A stretch of DNA of 64,000 nt from Clostridia bacterium (GCA_017428625.1 JAFRQM010000025.1:12988-76987); one strand, 5' to 3'. Shown: positions 19,708 to 31,537, numbered from the stretch's first letter. The notes: generated from the sequence alone by a model not told the origin. A program made the numbers and translations.

Positions 19708-21942
19708 GTGTTTTGTTTGAAATATTCAATTGACGCTTTCATAATAAAAGCGGTAACGGATGAAGAAAAAAGAGCCGCGTGTCTGTTCGCGGACGAACTT
19801 GAGTCAAGAACAGGCAAACGCCCTGATATAACCGCAAACGGCGGCAGTTTTTCGTTTGGCTTTTTCACGACTGAAATGAAGAACAAAGACAGTTTTTCGG
19901 TTGAAGAAAGCAACGGCGCCGTCTGTGTTTACGCGCAGGGCATTAGAGGGTTTATCTACGGTTTTTCACTGTTACTGAGAAAAAGCGTTTTTAAAGACGG
20001 AACATTTGAAACAGTGTGCGGTATTGCGGGCGATTATGCGCCGCGCAAAGAAATACGCGGACATCAGCTCGGCTACAGAACAACGCCTAACACTTATGAC
20101 GCGTGGAGTTATGAAGACTACCGCAGATATTACCTTGACATTATGTTTGCGGGCTGCAACACGGTTGAGCATATCCCCTATGAAAGCGGTAAATCATGCA
20201 GGAACAGACTGATGAAATATGACGAGGAGGAATTCCTTGTTGAAGCGTGCCGCATGGCGGATGAACTGGACCTTGATGTGTCACTGTGGTATCCGAACGC
20301 GGACGGCGAAACGGATGAATCGGCGGCGCAAACAAGAAAAAAACTTGTTGAAAAACTGCCGAGAGTAAATGTGATTTTTCCGCCCGGAGGGGATCCCGGA
20401 AATCTGCCGGCAGACGAGTTTCTGCGCAGATGCAGAGCGATAAGCAAGTCCGTTAAATCGGTCAGTGAAGAAATAAAGATTTTCCCGTCAGCTCAGGCGC
20501 CTCACGGCATTGACAACTGGGGAGAAGAATTTATAAAAAGCCTTGAAAAAGACAGTAAAGGCATTGACGGAATCATTATGGGCCCTAATCATGCCTTTCC
20601 TCTCGATGTTCTCAGAGAGAAGGTTCCGGCTCATCTGCCGATAAGATTTTATCCCGACATAACGCACAATCTCAGGTGTGAATACCCCGTTCATTTTGAA
20701 AAGGACGACTGGCACTATGCGCTTTGCGCCGGTTTAAGCAGAGAATGCACTAACCCGAGACCGCTTGAATACGCGCGTCTTCACTCGCTGACAAAAGACT
20801 ATGTATGCGGCAGCGTAAGTTACTCCGAAGGAATAACCGATGATGTGAATAAATTTGTATGGAGCGGTCTTGATTTTGACGACAGCCTGAGCGTCAAAAG
20901 CATTTTACAGGACTACGCGAGACTGTTTTTTGCCGGTGTTCCCGCAGATTTTGTTGCCGACGCGGTTTTGCGGCTTGAAGCGAACTGGGAAGGCGACCCT
21001 GCCGAAAACGACGGAATTGACGAAACGCTTGACATATTCAAATCGCTTTCGGAAAAATATTCTTTTTTGAACGATAACTGGCGATTCAATCAGTTATTAT
21101 TCAGGGCGGAATGCGATTGGCTCATAAGACATCGCCGAATATTCGAAAACTCACTTATTGAAAAAGCGCAAGCCCTTGTAAAAGACGGAATGATTCGGGA
21201 AGCGAAAGCGGTTCTGCTGACAAATTACGCTGACGAATACAAAGCGGTGAGAAAAAATATTGACAGCCTTGCCGCTTTACTGTTTGACGAAATCGGGCTT
21301 CAGCTTGATGTTGAACATTACTGCGCGGACAACCCCGAAAGGGGAGCCGTGCTTGACACAATAGACCTGCCCGTAACCGACAGGGCATGGCTGCTTAACA
21401 GATTCGAATATGCCGAAAAGTTTGACGGTTGTCAAAAAACAGAGTTTTTAAAAAGGGTTTTCACACGCAACACGGTCGCCGGTGATGAGTTTTATTTTTC
21501 CGTTGCCGAAAACGGAATTGCCGGAACGAACTCGGAACAGACAGGCGAGATTTATATAAATGTTCAGGCAGACAGACCCGATGTCAACAACGGGCAGTTG
21601 CCCTGTTGTATGTTCAAGGTGTTTGACAATTACTCCTTCCGCCTCGCGGCAGACGGATTTTCACCCGGCACAGCTTACCGTCTTATTGTGACATTTGCCG
21701 ACCGCAACTATGAAAAAGCGGGCGTTTTCAGAATAACCGCAAACGGGAATACTGTTTATGAGGGCGAACTCCCCGGCGGTAAAAGCGACAAGGCTTATGA
21801 TGAGCAAATGCTTTGCGGAGGGTTTATGTCAAGAGAATATTTTATACCCTCAAATGTATTCACGGACAGCAGACTTGACCTTGTTATGGAAGAAAAGAAA
21901 ATCGGAGTAATGATAAGCGAATTAAAAATAATCAAAGCGTGA
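19708..21942 (+). CDS. Unassigned putative glycoside hydrolase (GH20/GH67-like N-terminal domain, possible carbohydrate-binding C-terminal domain)
   Basis: N-terminal F.V......V.V.A..IRGFIYG pattern, RGHQLGYR..PNTYDAW strand, location between two GH genes. Confidence 0.45.
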   Translation: MFCLKYSIDAFIIKAVTDEEKRAACLFADELESRTGKRPDITANGGSFSFGFFTTEMKNKDSFSVEESNGAVCVYAQGIRGFIYGFSLLLRKSVFKDGTFETVCGIAGDYAPRKEIRGHQLGYRTTPNTYDAWSYEDYRRYYLDIMFAGCNTVEHIPYESGKSCRNRLMKYDEEEFLVEACRMADELDLDVSLWYPNADGETDESAAQTRKKLVEKLPRVNVIFPPGGDPGNLPADEFLRRCRAISKSVKSVSEEIKIFPSAQAPHGIDNWGEEFIKSLEKDSKGIDGIIMGPNHAFPLDVLREKVPAHLPIRFYPDITHNLRCEYPVHFEKDDWHYALCAGLSRECTNPRPLEYARLHSLTKDYVCGSVSYSEGITDDVNKFVWSGLDFDDSLSVKSILQDYARLFFAGVPADFVADAVLRLEANWEGDPAENDGIDETLDIFKSLSEKYSFLNDNWRFNQLLFRAECDWLIRHRRIFENSLIEKAQALVKDGMIREAKAVLLTNYADEYKAVRKNIDSLAALLFDEIGLQLDVEHYCADNPERGAVLDTIDLPVTDRAWLLNRFEYAEKFDGCQKTEFLKRVFTRNTVAGDEFYFSVAENGIAGTNSEQTGEIYINVQADRPDVNNGQLPCCMFKVFDNYSFRLAADGFSPGTAYRLIVTFADRNYEKAGVFRITANGNTVYEGELPGGKSDKAYDEQMLCGGFMSREYFIPSNVFTDSRLDLVMEEKKIGVMISELKIIKA

Positions 21943-21953
21943 GGTGTTTTATT

Positions 21954-23624
21954 ATGAATAAAGCTGTTGCTTTTTTTCTTGCTGTTTTCGCGTTTTTCAG
22001 CGGAATTTTCGGAGAGGTCTCAGCAAAGATAAATGACATTTTCAATAATTACGCTTTTGAAATCAACGCTTCGAAAACAGGCGACACTCTCGGCAATGTT
22101 TCATCCAATCTCACCGTCTGGAGCATAGAGGGCAATCCGTTTGTAAACCCGCAGATTTCGGATGAATACAATATTTTTGACTTTGTTGAATATGTTGAGC
22201 TTATGCAGTGCACGGGAGGAAGTCCTCAAAGGGATTTGTTCGTCAATCCCTCCGATACATCCGTGGCGGACGATTATGATTTTTCAAAACTCATAAACAA
22301 CTGCAGGGGCATTCTGAGCCTCGGCGCAAAACCTTATCTCAAGCTCGGCAGTGTGCCTGTCAAATACTCAAATGCGGCAAGCACAGACACAATTTTCGGC
22401 ACAAATATCTATCCGCCCGATGATTATGATATTTATTACAATTATATAGCCGCCTGCGCACGCGCACTTGTTGAGGCGTTCGGCAAAGAGGAACTGCTGA
22501 AATGGCGCTTTGCCGTTATGACGGAATTTGAAAATGCCGACTGGTTCACAACTGAAGACAGGGACCCGGAAAAAACTTTTGAGGCTTATTGCAAACTTTA
22601 TGATTACACTGTTCAGGCGCTGATTGACGAAATAGGTGAAGATGTGTTTGTGGGTGCTCACGCAATGGCGGTAACCGAAGGACTTTGGGACGAAAGAGAT
22701 TTTATAAAGCACTGCGCCGAGGGCACAAATTACAAAACGGGCAAAAAAGGCTCACATCTTGACATGCTTACGGCTTCATTCTATGACATAAAGCCCGGAA
22801 AATACACATCGGGGCTCACTCCGTCCGAAACAATCGCTCACCTCAGAGAGGCAGCGGAGAAATGCGGACTGAACAACCTTGTTTACGGTTTTGACGAGGG
22901 CAGAATTCTGTGCGGAACGCCCGGCAAAGACTCCGATGAGCTTGCGGCGAGAATAACGGGCTACACATATCAGGCTGCCTATGACGCAAGGCTGGCAAAA
23001 ATAATGTTTGAAAACGATATATCATATTTTTCCGCCTGGCAATATATGACCGACGGAATGTCAACGGGAATACCGACAGTAAGTTATTATGTTGCGAAGT
23101 TCGCCGCACTCTATAAAAACGCGAAAACCGTTTTAACCGAAAAAGTCCGCAGAGGGCTGCAGTTCGGCACTGAGGTTGAGGCATTTTCCGCGTTTGATGA
23201 GGAGAACGGCACGCTTCGGGTTATGGCATATAATTTTAAAAACGATGTTAACTACGCCAAAACCGCCGACCTTAAATTCAGAATAAATGCCCCGCAGTTT
23301 GACGGTAAAACCGTAAAAATAACCGCTTTTGTTATTGATGACGACTGCAATTTTTTTGACGAATGGGTGCAGGACAGAGAAAAATACGGCATTGACAGCA
23401 GTTGCTCATCCTGGTCTCCGGACGACCCGATTCTCGGAAGCACAGCCACTCTGACGGATGAACGGGCGAGAAACATCTATTATAATGAACTTCATGAAAA
23501 ATACGAGGAATGCGCAAAACTCAGCCCCGTTGAAACAACAGTTAAAACCGAAAACAGCGAATTAACCCTTGACATAACGCTCAACCCAAACGCGGTTGTT
23601 TTTTATGAAATAACTGTCGCATAA
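21954..23624 (+). CDS. Secreted GH39-like (clan GH-A) glycoside hydrolase
   Basis: Hydrophobic N-terminus, KPYLKLG..P, WRFAVMTEFEN (acid/base position), YGFDEG (nucleophile position). Confidence 0.6.
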   Translation: MNKAVAFFLAVFAFFSGIFGEVSAKINDIFNNYAFEINASKTGDTLGNVSSNLTVWSIEGNPFVNPQISDEYNIFDFVEYVELMQCTGGSPQRDLFVNPSDTSVADDYDFSKLINNCRGILSLGAKPYLKLGSVPVKYSNAASTDTIFGTNIYPPDDYDIYYNYIAACARALVEAFGKEELLKWRFAVMTEFENADWFTTEDRDPEKTFEAYCKLYDYTVQALIDEIGEDVFVGAHAMAVTEGLWDERDFIKHCAEGTNYKTGKKGSHLDMLTASFYDIKPGKYTSGLTPSETIAHLREAAEKCGLNNLVYGFDEGRILCGTPGKDSDELAARITGYTYQAAYDARLAKIMFENDISYFSAWQYMTDGMSTGIPTVSYYVAKFAALYKNAKTVLTEKVRRGLQFGTEVEAFSAFDEENGTLRVMAYNFKNDVNYAKTADLKFRINAPQFDGKTVKITAFVIDDDCNFFDEWVQDREKYGIDSSCSSWSPDDPILGSTATLTDERARNIYYNELHEKYEECAKLSPVETTVKTENSELTLDITLNPNAVVFYEITVA

Positions 23625-23666
23625 CACAAATCATCGTAAATTAGAAACAAACAAGGAGGAAGCAAT

Positions 23667-24749
23667 ATGCCGCATTCATCAGGCGGAGGCTCACACGGAG
23701 GAGGCGGACACGGCGGCGGAGGCGGTTCGCACGGAGGTTCATCGTCAGGTTCACGCTCTATGCCGACCGCAAGGCGCAGTTATTTTGCGGGTTCAACGCC
23801 CTATGTGCGCTACCGCAACGGTAAAATGGATGTTCTTTATGCCGACCGCGACATAACAAAAACCAAAAAGCAGGATATTGTTTCAAACATTGTAACAATA
23901 CTGATTATCACCCTGTTTATGTGCGTATTTGCCGCCGCGAGTTTCGGCTCAATTTCGGGGGTGTTCCGCGCGCCAAAAAAACTTTCGACCGATTATGACA
24001 CAACAATAATTATTGAAGACAACATAGGCGTTATCACCGATAAAGCCGCTATGGAAAAGGTGCTTTCCGGGTTTCTTGAAACAACGGGAATCACGCCCGC
24101 AGTCATAACTGTTTCAAACGAAAGCTGGCGCAATTACTCAAGCCTTGAAAACTATGCTTATGACTTGTATGTAAACACATTTGACGATGAGAAGCACTGG
24201 CTTATTGTTTATTCACAGCCCGGCACCGTTTCATCATACGGTTTTATTGACTGGTATTGGGAAGGAATGCAGGGTGACGACACCGACAACATCATAAATG
24301 ATTATTCCGCAGGCGTTTTTACCGACCTTATGCAGAAATATCTTACAGCTGACTCAAAATATACCGTCGAAAGGGCAATAAGGCTGTCGTTTGAACAGAT
24401 TACGCCGCAGATAATGCAGAGGCACACAAACAGGGAAGACCTGAAGGACGCTGTTCTTGTTCTGCTTGTGATGGCGGCTATGTGGGGTTTCCCCGTGGTT
24501 TTCAGCATTATCAACCTGCTGAAAATGAAGAATTATAAAGAATACCGGAAAGTGCCCTCGGTTGACGGCAAGGTGCTTATTCAGGAAACCTGCGACTACT
24601 GCGGAGGCGTTTATGTGGTGGGTACCTGCCTTAACTGCCCGCACTGCGGAGCGTCGGTAAAGGCTTATAGCGGTTATGACCCCGGCAGGTTTGAACTTGA
24701 CCAAAGCAGGTTTGAGGTTGACCCGTCAAGGTATGAATATAAGGAATAA
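23667..24749 (+). CDS. Membrane protein with Gly/His-rich N-terminus, TPM-like periplasmic domain and C-terminal double zinc ribbon
   Basis: MPHSSGGGSHGGGGHGG; two TM helices; CDYC...CLNCPHC. Confidence 0.55.
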   Translation: MPHSSGGGSHGGGGHGGGGGSHGGSSSGSRSMPTARRSYFAGSTPYVRYRNGKMDVLYADRDITKTKKQDIVSNIVTILIITLFMCVFAAASFGSISGVFRAPKKLSTDYDTTIIIEDNIGVITDKAAMEKVLSGFLETTGITPAVITVSNESWRNYSSLENYAYDLYVNTFDDEKHWLIVYSQPGTVSSYGFIDWYWEGMQGDDTDNIINDYSAGVFTDLMQKYLTADSKYTVERAIRLSFEQITPQIMQRHTNREDLKDAVLVLLVMAAMWGFPVVFSIINLLKMKNYKEYRKVPSVDGKVLIQETCDYCGGVYVVGTCLNCPHCGASVKAYSGYDPGRFELDQSRFEVDPSRYEYKE

Positions 24750-24799
24750 GCGGTTGTAATAATATATTAAATCGTTTATAATAATTATTTAGACTATAA

Positions 24800-26521
<1,722 letters not shown>

Positions 26522-26525
<4 letters not shown>

Positions 26526-27400
26526 AAATCAACGCCCCTTCAAAGCAGCATACGGTGCAGTTCTTAAAAGATAATATTTTATGGATTGCCGGCTGTTCAA
26601 TCTATTCGATTTCACTCAACTGCTTTGCGGTGCCCAACAACATTGCGCAAAGCGGTATTTCGGGTTTGGCGATTGTCGTAAACTACCTGTTTAAAAGTTT
26701 CTCTCTCGGCACAATAAATTTTGTTTTAAACCTGCCCCTGCTTCTGCTTGCCTTTGTTTTTATCGGCAAAACTTTTGTTGGCAAAACGCTGTGGGTGGTC
26801 GCTCTGCTTTCCGCCGCCCTTGATATATGGGGGAAGATTCTGCCTGTTTATAAAGGCGATGACAAGCTCCTTATCGCCCTTATAAGCGGTCTGCTTTCGG
26901 GCGTGGGCCTCGCTCTCGTTATTATGACAGGCACAACCACCGGCGGCACGGATATTATAGGCAGGCTTGTTCATAAGCGTTGGCAGCACATACCCATAGG
27001 CAGGGTTATTATGATAAGCGACGTTGTTGTTGTAATCACGGCGGCTGTTGTTTTCCGCAACATTGAAAGCGCGCTGTACGCCGTTATTGTTATTTTTGTG
27101 AGTTCAACTGTTATTGACAAAATAAACTACGGTATGGGCAACGCAAAAATGCTTATGATTATTACCGAAAAAGGTGATGAAATCTCATCGGCAATAACCA
27201 CAAAAACTCCGCGCGGAGTTACAAAAATCCCGGTTGAGGGCGCGTATTCCGGCGAAAACAAGCAGATGCTTGTGTGCGTTGTGCGCAACCATGAGGTGCA
27301 AAAAATAAATAAGATTATTAAATCGGTTGATCCGCAGACCTTTATTATCATCAGCGAGGCAAACGAGATCCTCGGAAAAGGCTTTCGCAAACCGCTGTAA
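26522..27400 (+). CDS. YitT family membrane protein
   Basis: GISGLA, NLPLL, GTTTGGTD, GAYSG, DPQTFIII. Confidence 0.88.
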
Positions 27401-27404
27401 AAAC

Positions 27405-27434
27405 TTGACACGGTTTGATTGTTTGATATATAAT
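27405..27434 (+). promoter_or_regulatory. Sigma-A-type promoter of the yebC-like gene
   Basis: TTGACA-18 bp-TATAAT. Confidence 0.6.
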
Positions 27435-27468
27435 ATTAAAGTTAAAATTAATAAAGAGAGGTTTTTTT

Positions 27469-28206
27469 ATGTCAGGCCATTCAAAATGGAGCACCATAAA
27501 ACGCAAAAAAGAAAAGACCGACAACGCGAGAGCGAAGGTCTTTACAAAAATCGGCAGAGAGATTGCCGTTGTTGTCCGCGAAGGCGGCCCCGACCCCGCC
27601 TCAAACTCAAAACTCAAAGATGTTATCGCGAAAGCGAAGGCGAGCAATGTTCCCAACGACAACATTGAGAGAATAATCAAAAAAGCCGCCGGTGAAGACA
27701 GCGACAAGAAATATGAGGAAATCGTCTATGAAGGCTACGGTCCCAAGGGAATAGCCGTTATTGTAGAGGCTCTTACTGACAACCGCAACAGAACCGCCGG
27801 CGATGTGCGCCACTATTTTGACAAATACGGCGGAAATATGGGCCAGAGCGGCAGCGTTTCGTTTATGTTTACAAAACAGGGCGTTATCATTCTTGAGCAG
27901 GAAGGAATTGACGAAGAAAAGCTTATGGAAGACGCTCTTGAAGCGGGCGCGACAGATTTTCTTACCGACGACGGCATTTACGAAATCCGCACCGATCCCT
28001 ATGATTGCGGCGCTGTAAGCAGCGCGCTTGCGGACAAGGGCTACACCTTCCTTTCGGCTGATGTTGCTTACATCCCCTCAAACTATGTCGCACTCACCGA
28101 CCCGGATGACATTACCGCCATGGGCAAGATGCTTGAAATGTTTGAAGACAACGATGACATTCAGGGCGTATGGCACAACTGGGAAAACGCCGACGACGCG
28201 GAATAA
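27469..28206 (+). CDS. yebC: YebC/PmpR family protein
   Basis: MSGHSKWSTIKRKK, YEGYGP.G, DDIQGVWHN. Confidence 0.93.
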   Translation: MSGHSKWSTIKRKKEKTDNARAKVFTKIGREIAVVVREGGPDPASNSKLKDVIAKAKASNVPNDNIERIIKKAAGEDSDKKYEEIVYEGYGPKGIAVIVEALTDNRNRTAGDVRHYFDKYGGNMGQSGSVSFMFTKQGVIILEQEGIDEEKLMEDALEAGATDFLTDDGIYEIRTDPYDCGAVSSALADKGYTFLSADVAYIPSNYVALTDPDDITAMGKMLEMFEDNDDIQGVWHNWENADDAE

Positions 28207-28256
28207 GCACAAAAACGACAAAAGTGTGCAGGTCTTTTCATCTGCACACTTAATTT

Positions 28257-28511
28257 TTATGTATTGTTTTCGCCGAAAAACTCGTTGTAGCTGATTTTGA
28301 ACACCCGGCAAAAGGCCTGAATTTCAATATCGGTGATGAATCTTTTGCCGCATTCTATTCGCTGTATGGCGTTTTTATCCAAGTCAACGCCCTGCAACTG
28401 AAGCAACTCGGCAAGCTGACGCTGGCTGCACTTGGGCTCTATTGCCATTCGCAATTCGGCAACCCTTTCGCCGCATATATTATTTTTATCATTATTTTTG
28501 TTTTTGAACAT
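28257..28511 (-). CDS. XRE-family helix-turn-helix regulator
   Basis: NICGERVAELR...SQRQLAELLQ...IQRIECGKRFITDIE. Confidence 0.8.
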   Translation of the reverse strand: MFKNKNNDKNNICGERVAELRMAIEPKCSQRQLAELLQLQGVDLDKNAIQRIECGKRFITDIEIQAFCRVFKISYNEFFGENNT

Positions 28512-28618
28512 ATTACACCTCAATGACATTCAGTGCTTGTCATTGAGGTTATTTTATGTTATAATGCGAATAAAATTGACATTCAGTAGATGTCATAATT
28601 ATTTGTTGGAGGTTTTTT

Positions 28619-29224
28619 ATGAAATATTTCAAAAAAATTATTATTGTTCTGGTCATTATCGGCTTGATAGCCGGAGGCTTTTACGCATTTAGTATATTTA
28701 AAGGAACAACTCACAATTCATCGGATGTATCAAGTGCTAATATCGATATAAGTTATCTGACAAAAGAAATTAAAAGAATCGGTGAATTGAGAACTGCAAA
28801 AATAACTTACGGCTGTTTATCTGAATTTGAAGAAGGTAATTACCCCATACTGACCAAAACAGCTTTTTCTATGTATTATGAAGCCACAGCAGAAGCAGGA
28901 ATCGACATTGAAAAAATTGACATTTCACAAGATTTCGACGGAAAATTCATTATAAAACTTCCCGAACCAACACTTTACGAAGCCAAAATAGATATGAGCA
29001 GTATTAAGATTTTCAAAAAAAGCAAAGCTATATTCAATTGGTCTAAACCTGAAGATCTTCAGGAAGCGTTAAAAATAGCGGAGCGGGATGTCCTGAAAAA
29101 AGCTCAGACAGATCAGATTCTTGAAATAGCCAACGACAAGGCGGTTTCCGTGCTTGAGAATGTTTTTTCTCATATTTTAGAAAAAAATCAATTTGAAATA
29201 ATTCCTTTTGAAAAAACTTCATAA
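28619..29224 (+). CDS. DUF4230-like membrane-anchored protein
   Basis: N-terminal TM, ATAEAGIDIEKI, IKLPEP; GGAGG RBS. Confidence 0.7.
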   Translation: MKYFKKIIIVLVIIGLIAGGFYAFSIFKGTTHNSSDVSSANIDISYLTKEIKRIGELRTAKITYGCLSEFEEGNYPILTKTAFSMYYEATAEAGIDIEKIDISQDFDGKFIIKLPEPTLYEAKIDMSSIKIFKKSKAIFNWSKPEDLQEALKIAERDVLKKAQTDQILEIANDKAVSVLENVFSHILEKNQFEIIPFEKTS

Positions 29225-29233
29225 AAATATTAT

Positions 29234-29255
29234 CGGCGGGGATATTTCCCCGCCG
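29234..29255. terminator. Terminator between convergent genes
   Basis: CGGCGGGGA-TATT-TCCCCGCCG hairpin. Confidence 0.7.
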
Positions 29256-29280
29256 TGAAACTTTTTGTATTGATTTTGTT

Positions 29281-29646
29281 TTATTCCGGAAATTCTTTTT
29301 TGAGGGCTTTTTCGGTCATAACGATTGAGACGCAGACGAGGACGCCCTGAATTGACAGAAGAAGCCCGCTTAATAAAACGAGTGTATTCTCGGATGAATT
29401 GAGGAAAAACGCCTGAACAATCACGGTGAGCGGGATTGTTACCGCCCCGAGTTTTTCCCAGAGCCTGCCGATACAGTTATGGGCAAAACGCCATGTTTCC
29501 TCATTTTTCATTGAGCGGCGCGTGCGGTAACCCAAAACTCTGTTGATTTTTTTCGGGCAACGCTTGTGCATAAGAAGCCCGCACACAAGAAAAAGTGCCG
29601 GCACAAGAAGATTGCAACCGAACAAATAATATTTAAACCAAGACAT
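29281..29646 (-). CDS. SdpI/YhfL family membrane protein
   Basis: PKKINRVLGYRT..SMKNEETW..AH plus TM helices. Confidence 0.85.
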   Translation of the reverse strand: MSWFKYYLFGCNLLVPALFLVCGLLMHKRCPKKINRVLGYRTRRSMKNEETWRFAHNCIGRLWEKLGAVTIPLTVIVQAFFLNSSENTLVLLSGLLLSIQGVLVCVSIVMTEKALKKEFPE

Positions 29647-29672
29647 ATCAAAGCCCTTTCGCTTTAAATGTA

Positions 29673-30191
29673 TTATTTCAGGCAGGCTGTAATTGCTTCT
29701 TTATAAGTTGTATAAGGGTCGTGCGGCTCGCCTAAAAAGGTTTTTTCTATTATACCGTTTTTAATAATGAGTGTGTAGGGAATACCGTTTGTAGGGTAGA
29801 GACTGCCTACACTGCCGTTTTCATCATAAGCGACACCGAAGGTGTAGCCGTTGTCTTTTATAAAAGAGTCAACGGTTGCCTTGTCTTCCCTGCAGTTGAC
29901 GGCTATGATTTCAACGCCTTGTATATGTTCATTTTCAAGCTTTTCAAAAGCGGGCATCTCGTCACGGCACGGCGGGCACCAGGTAGCCCAGAAATTGACA
30001 AGAACCACCTTGTCTTTATTTTTTGAAAGATTAAAGGTTGTGCCGTCATTGAGTTCCGCCGTAAAATCGGGTGCTTTCGAGCCCTCGGTCAAAGCCTCAC
30101 CGGATCCGCCTGCCTTTTCTACGCGAGGCAGAAACACAAAAAGACCGACGGCGACAGCAGCGCAGATAACAATAATAATTACTTTTTTCAT
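29673..30191 (-). CDS. TlpA/ResA-like thiol-disulfide oxidoreductase
   Basis: NFWATWCPPC, N-terminal anchor, GIPYT. Confidence 0.9.
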   Translation of the reverse strand: MKKVIIIVICAAVAVGLFVFLPRVEKAGGSGEALTEGSKAPDFTAELNDGTTFNLSKNKDKVVLVNFWATWCPPCRDEMPAFEKLENEHIQGVEIIAVNCREDKATVDSFIKDNGYTFGVAYDENGSVGSLYPTNGIPYTLIIKNGIIEKTFLGEPHDPYTTYKEAITACLK

Positions 30192-30208
30192 CAGAGTTTC
30201 TCCGTTAA

Positions 30209-30979
30209 TCAGAACACATCGGATTCAATATAATCCACCCCAAGCGATTTGCAGTACGCGAGTGAAACGGGGTCGTTCGCTGTCCACACTCCGACTTCAA
30301 GCCCTCTTGAATGGAACTGTTCGATCATTTCTTCTGTGATAACATTATAATCGCAGTCGATTGAAAAGCCGTAATCGAAGCATCTTTCATAGCCTTCATC
30401 GCCGGAGCCGTAGGTTAGCATTATGCGAAGGTCGGGGAAAAGCTCATGCGCTCTTATAAGATTGTCAAAATTGAAGGATTGCAGAATACATTTGTCAAGG
30501 CTGTAAACCTCAGCCGCCATATCAAAAATCTCTTTGACCTGCTCCTCATTGAAATCGCCTTTGAGTTCTATGAAGCAAATCATATTGTTCTCTTTCATAA
30601 TTTCAAGGTAGCGCTTATAGGTGCAAAGATAAACATCCTGCAGAGTTTTATACTGTTTGAGCGGCTGAGCGGTAAGCTCCGCGAAAGTATGATCGGCAAC
30701 CTCAAGCTCAGTGCCGTCCTTGAGAACAACGCTGCTGTTGTGGTTGGTTACATAAACACCGTCGGAAGTGACGCGGATATCGGTTTCCGCTCCGCCGGAG
30801 CCGTGCTGTGCCGCACCTTTGAACGCAAGTTCAGTGTTCTGATAATACTTTGATGAATAACCTCTGTGAGCTATCATACAGATTTTCATTTGTTCTCCTC
30901 CTCCGAACAGACCGCCGAACGCGGTGAAAATTGACATTGCAAATGCGGTAAGCATTTTGAAAAACAGAGAAACGGTCAT
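30209..30979 (-). CDS. Glycerophosphodiester phosphodiesterase family protein
   Basis: IAHRG, QNTELAF, ETDIR.T.DG, IELK, VWTAN; AGGAGG RBS before MTVSLFF. Confidence 0.88.
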   Translation of the reverse strand: MTVSLFFKMLTAFAMSIFTAFGGLFGGGEQMKICMIAHRGYSSKYYQNTELAFKGAAQHGSGGAETDIRVTSDGVYVTNHNSSVVLKDGTELEVADHTFAELTAQPLKQYKTLQDVYLCTYKRYLEIMKENNMICFIELKGDFNEEQVKEIFDMAAEVYSLDKCILQSFNFDNLIRAHELFPDLRIMLTYGSGDEGYERCFDYGFSIDCDYNVITEEMIEQFHSRGLEVGVWTANDPVSLAYCKSLGVDYIESDVF

Positions 30980-31100
30980 AAAAGCCTCCTGTTCCCAGTT
31001 TTTATTTCGCATATTATAGCATAAAGCGCGCTTTTTTTCAACATTGCGGCAACAGGACCGGCTCTTTTTGTATTTTTTTCATAAAATGTGGTATAAACAT

Positions 31101-31129
31101 TTGACAAACACAATATTTTGTGGTAGATT
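31101..31129 (+). promoter_or_regulatory. Near-consensus sigma-A promoter of microprotein 1
   Basis: TTGACA-17 bp-TAGATT with TG extension. Confidence 0.75.
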
Positions 31130-31176
31130 AGTTAAGACAATTGATATAATTGTAAATTTTTAGGAGGAACAAATTT

Positions 31177-31338
31177 ATGGAACTTTCATTCAATTCTCTC
31201 ATCGTTCTTATTGACCACTTAACCGGCTTTTTCCAGATGATAGGCGCTCATCTTGATGATTTCAATTTTGCAGACCCCGCCGGACTTATTGCTCAGATAG
31301 GAGATTTCCTGCAGAAAGCACTTTCTTTCCCCGTATAA
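31177..31338 (+). CDS. 53-aa amphipathic microprotein 1 (not in ORF track)
   Basis: AGGAGG RBS; MELSFNSLIVLIDHLTGFFQMIGAHLDDFNFADPAGLIAQIGDFLQKALSFPV; own promoter and terminator. Confidence 0.8.
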   Translation: MELSFNSLIVLIDHLTGFFQMIGAHLDDFNFADPAGLIAQIGDFLQKALSFPV

Positions 31339-31352
31339 GCATTTAATGACAG

Positions 31353-31381
31353 CGCCCTCCGTATGAGCGGAGGGCGTTTTT
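31353..31381 (+). terminator. Intrinsic terminator of microprotein 1
   Basis: CGCCCTCCG-6 nt-CGGAGGGCG-TTTTT. Confidence 0.8.
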
Positions 31382-31464
31382 CTTTGCAAAAGTTTACCGA
31401 CATTACACTTTTTGTATAATTTGTAATGATTTATTAAATTTTTCTTAAAGAAATACCCTGATAT

Positions 31465-31493
31465 TTGACATAATAACATTGAAGATGTAAAAT
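31465..31493 (+). promoter_or_regulatory. Near-consensus sigma-A promoter of microprotein 2
   Basis: TTGACA-17 bp-TAAAAT with TG extension. Confidence 0.78.
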
Positions 31494-31537
31494 TAAAATG
31501 CAAATAAAATTGCAAATAAATTATGGAGGAACTAATA

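Noticed and set aside
23667-23760. GGCGGA/CACGG short repeats
   Set aside because: Explained by Gly/His codons; not a CRISPR array or a DNA-level repeat element.
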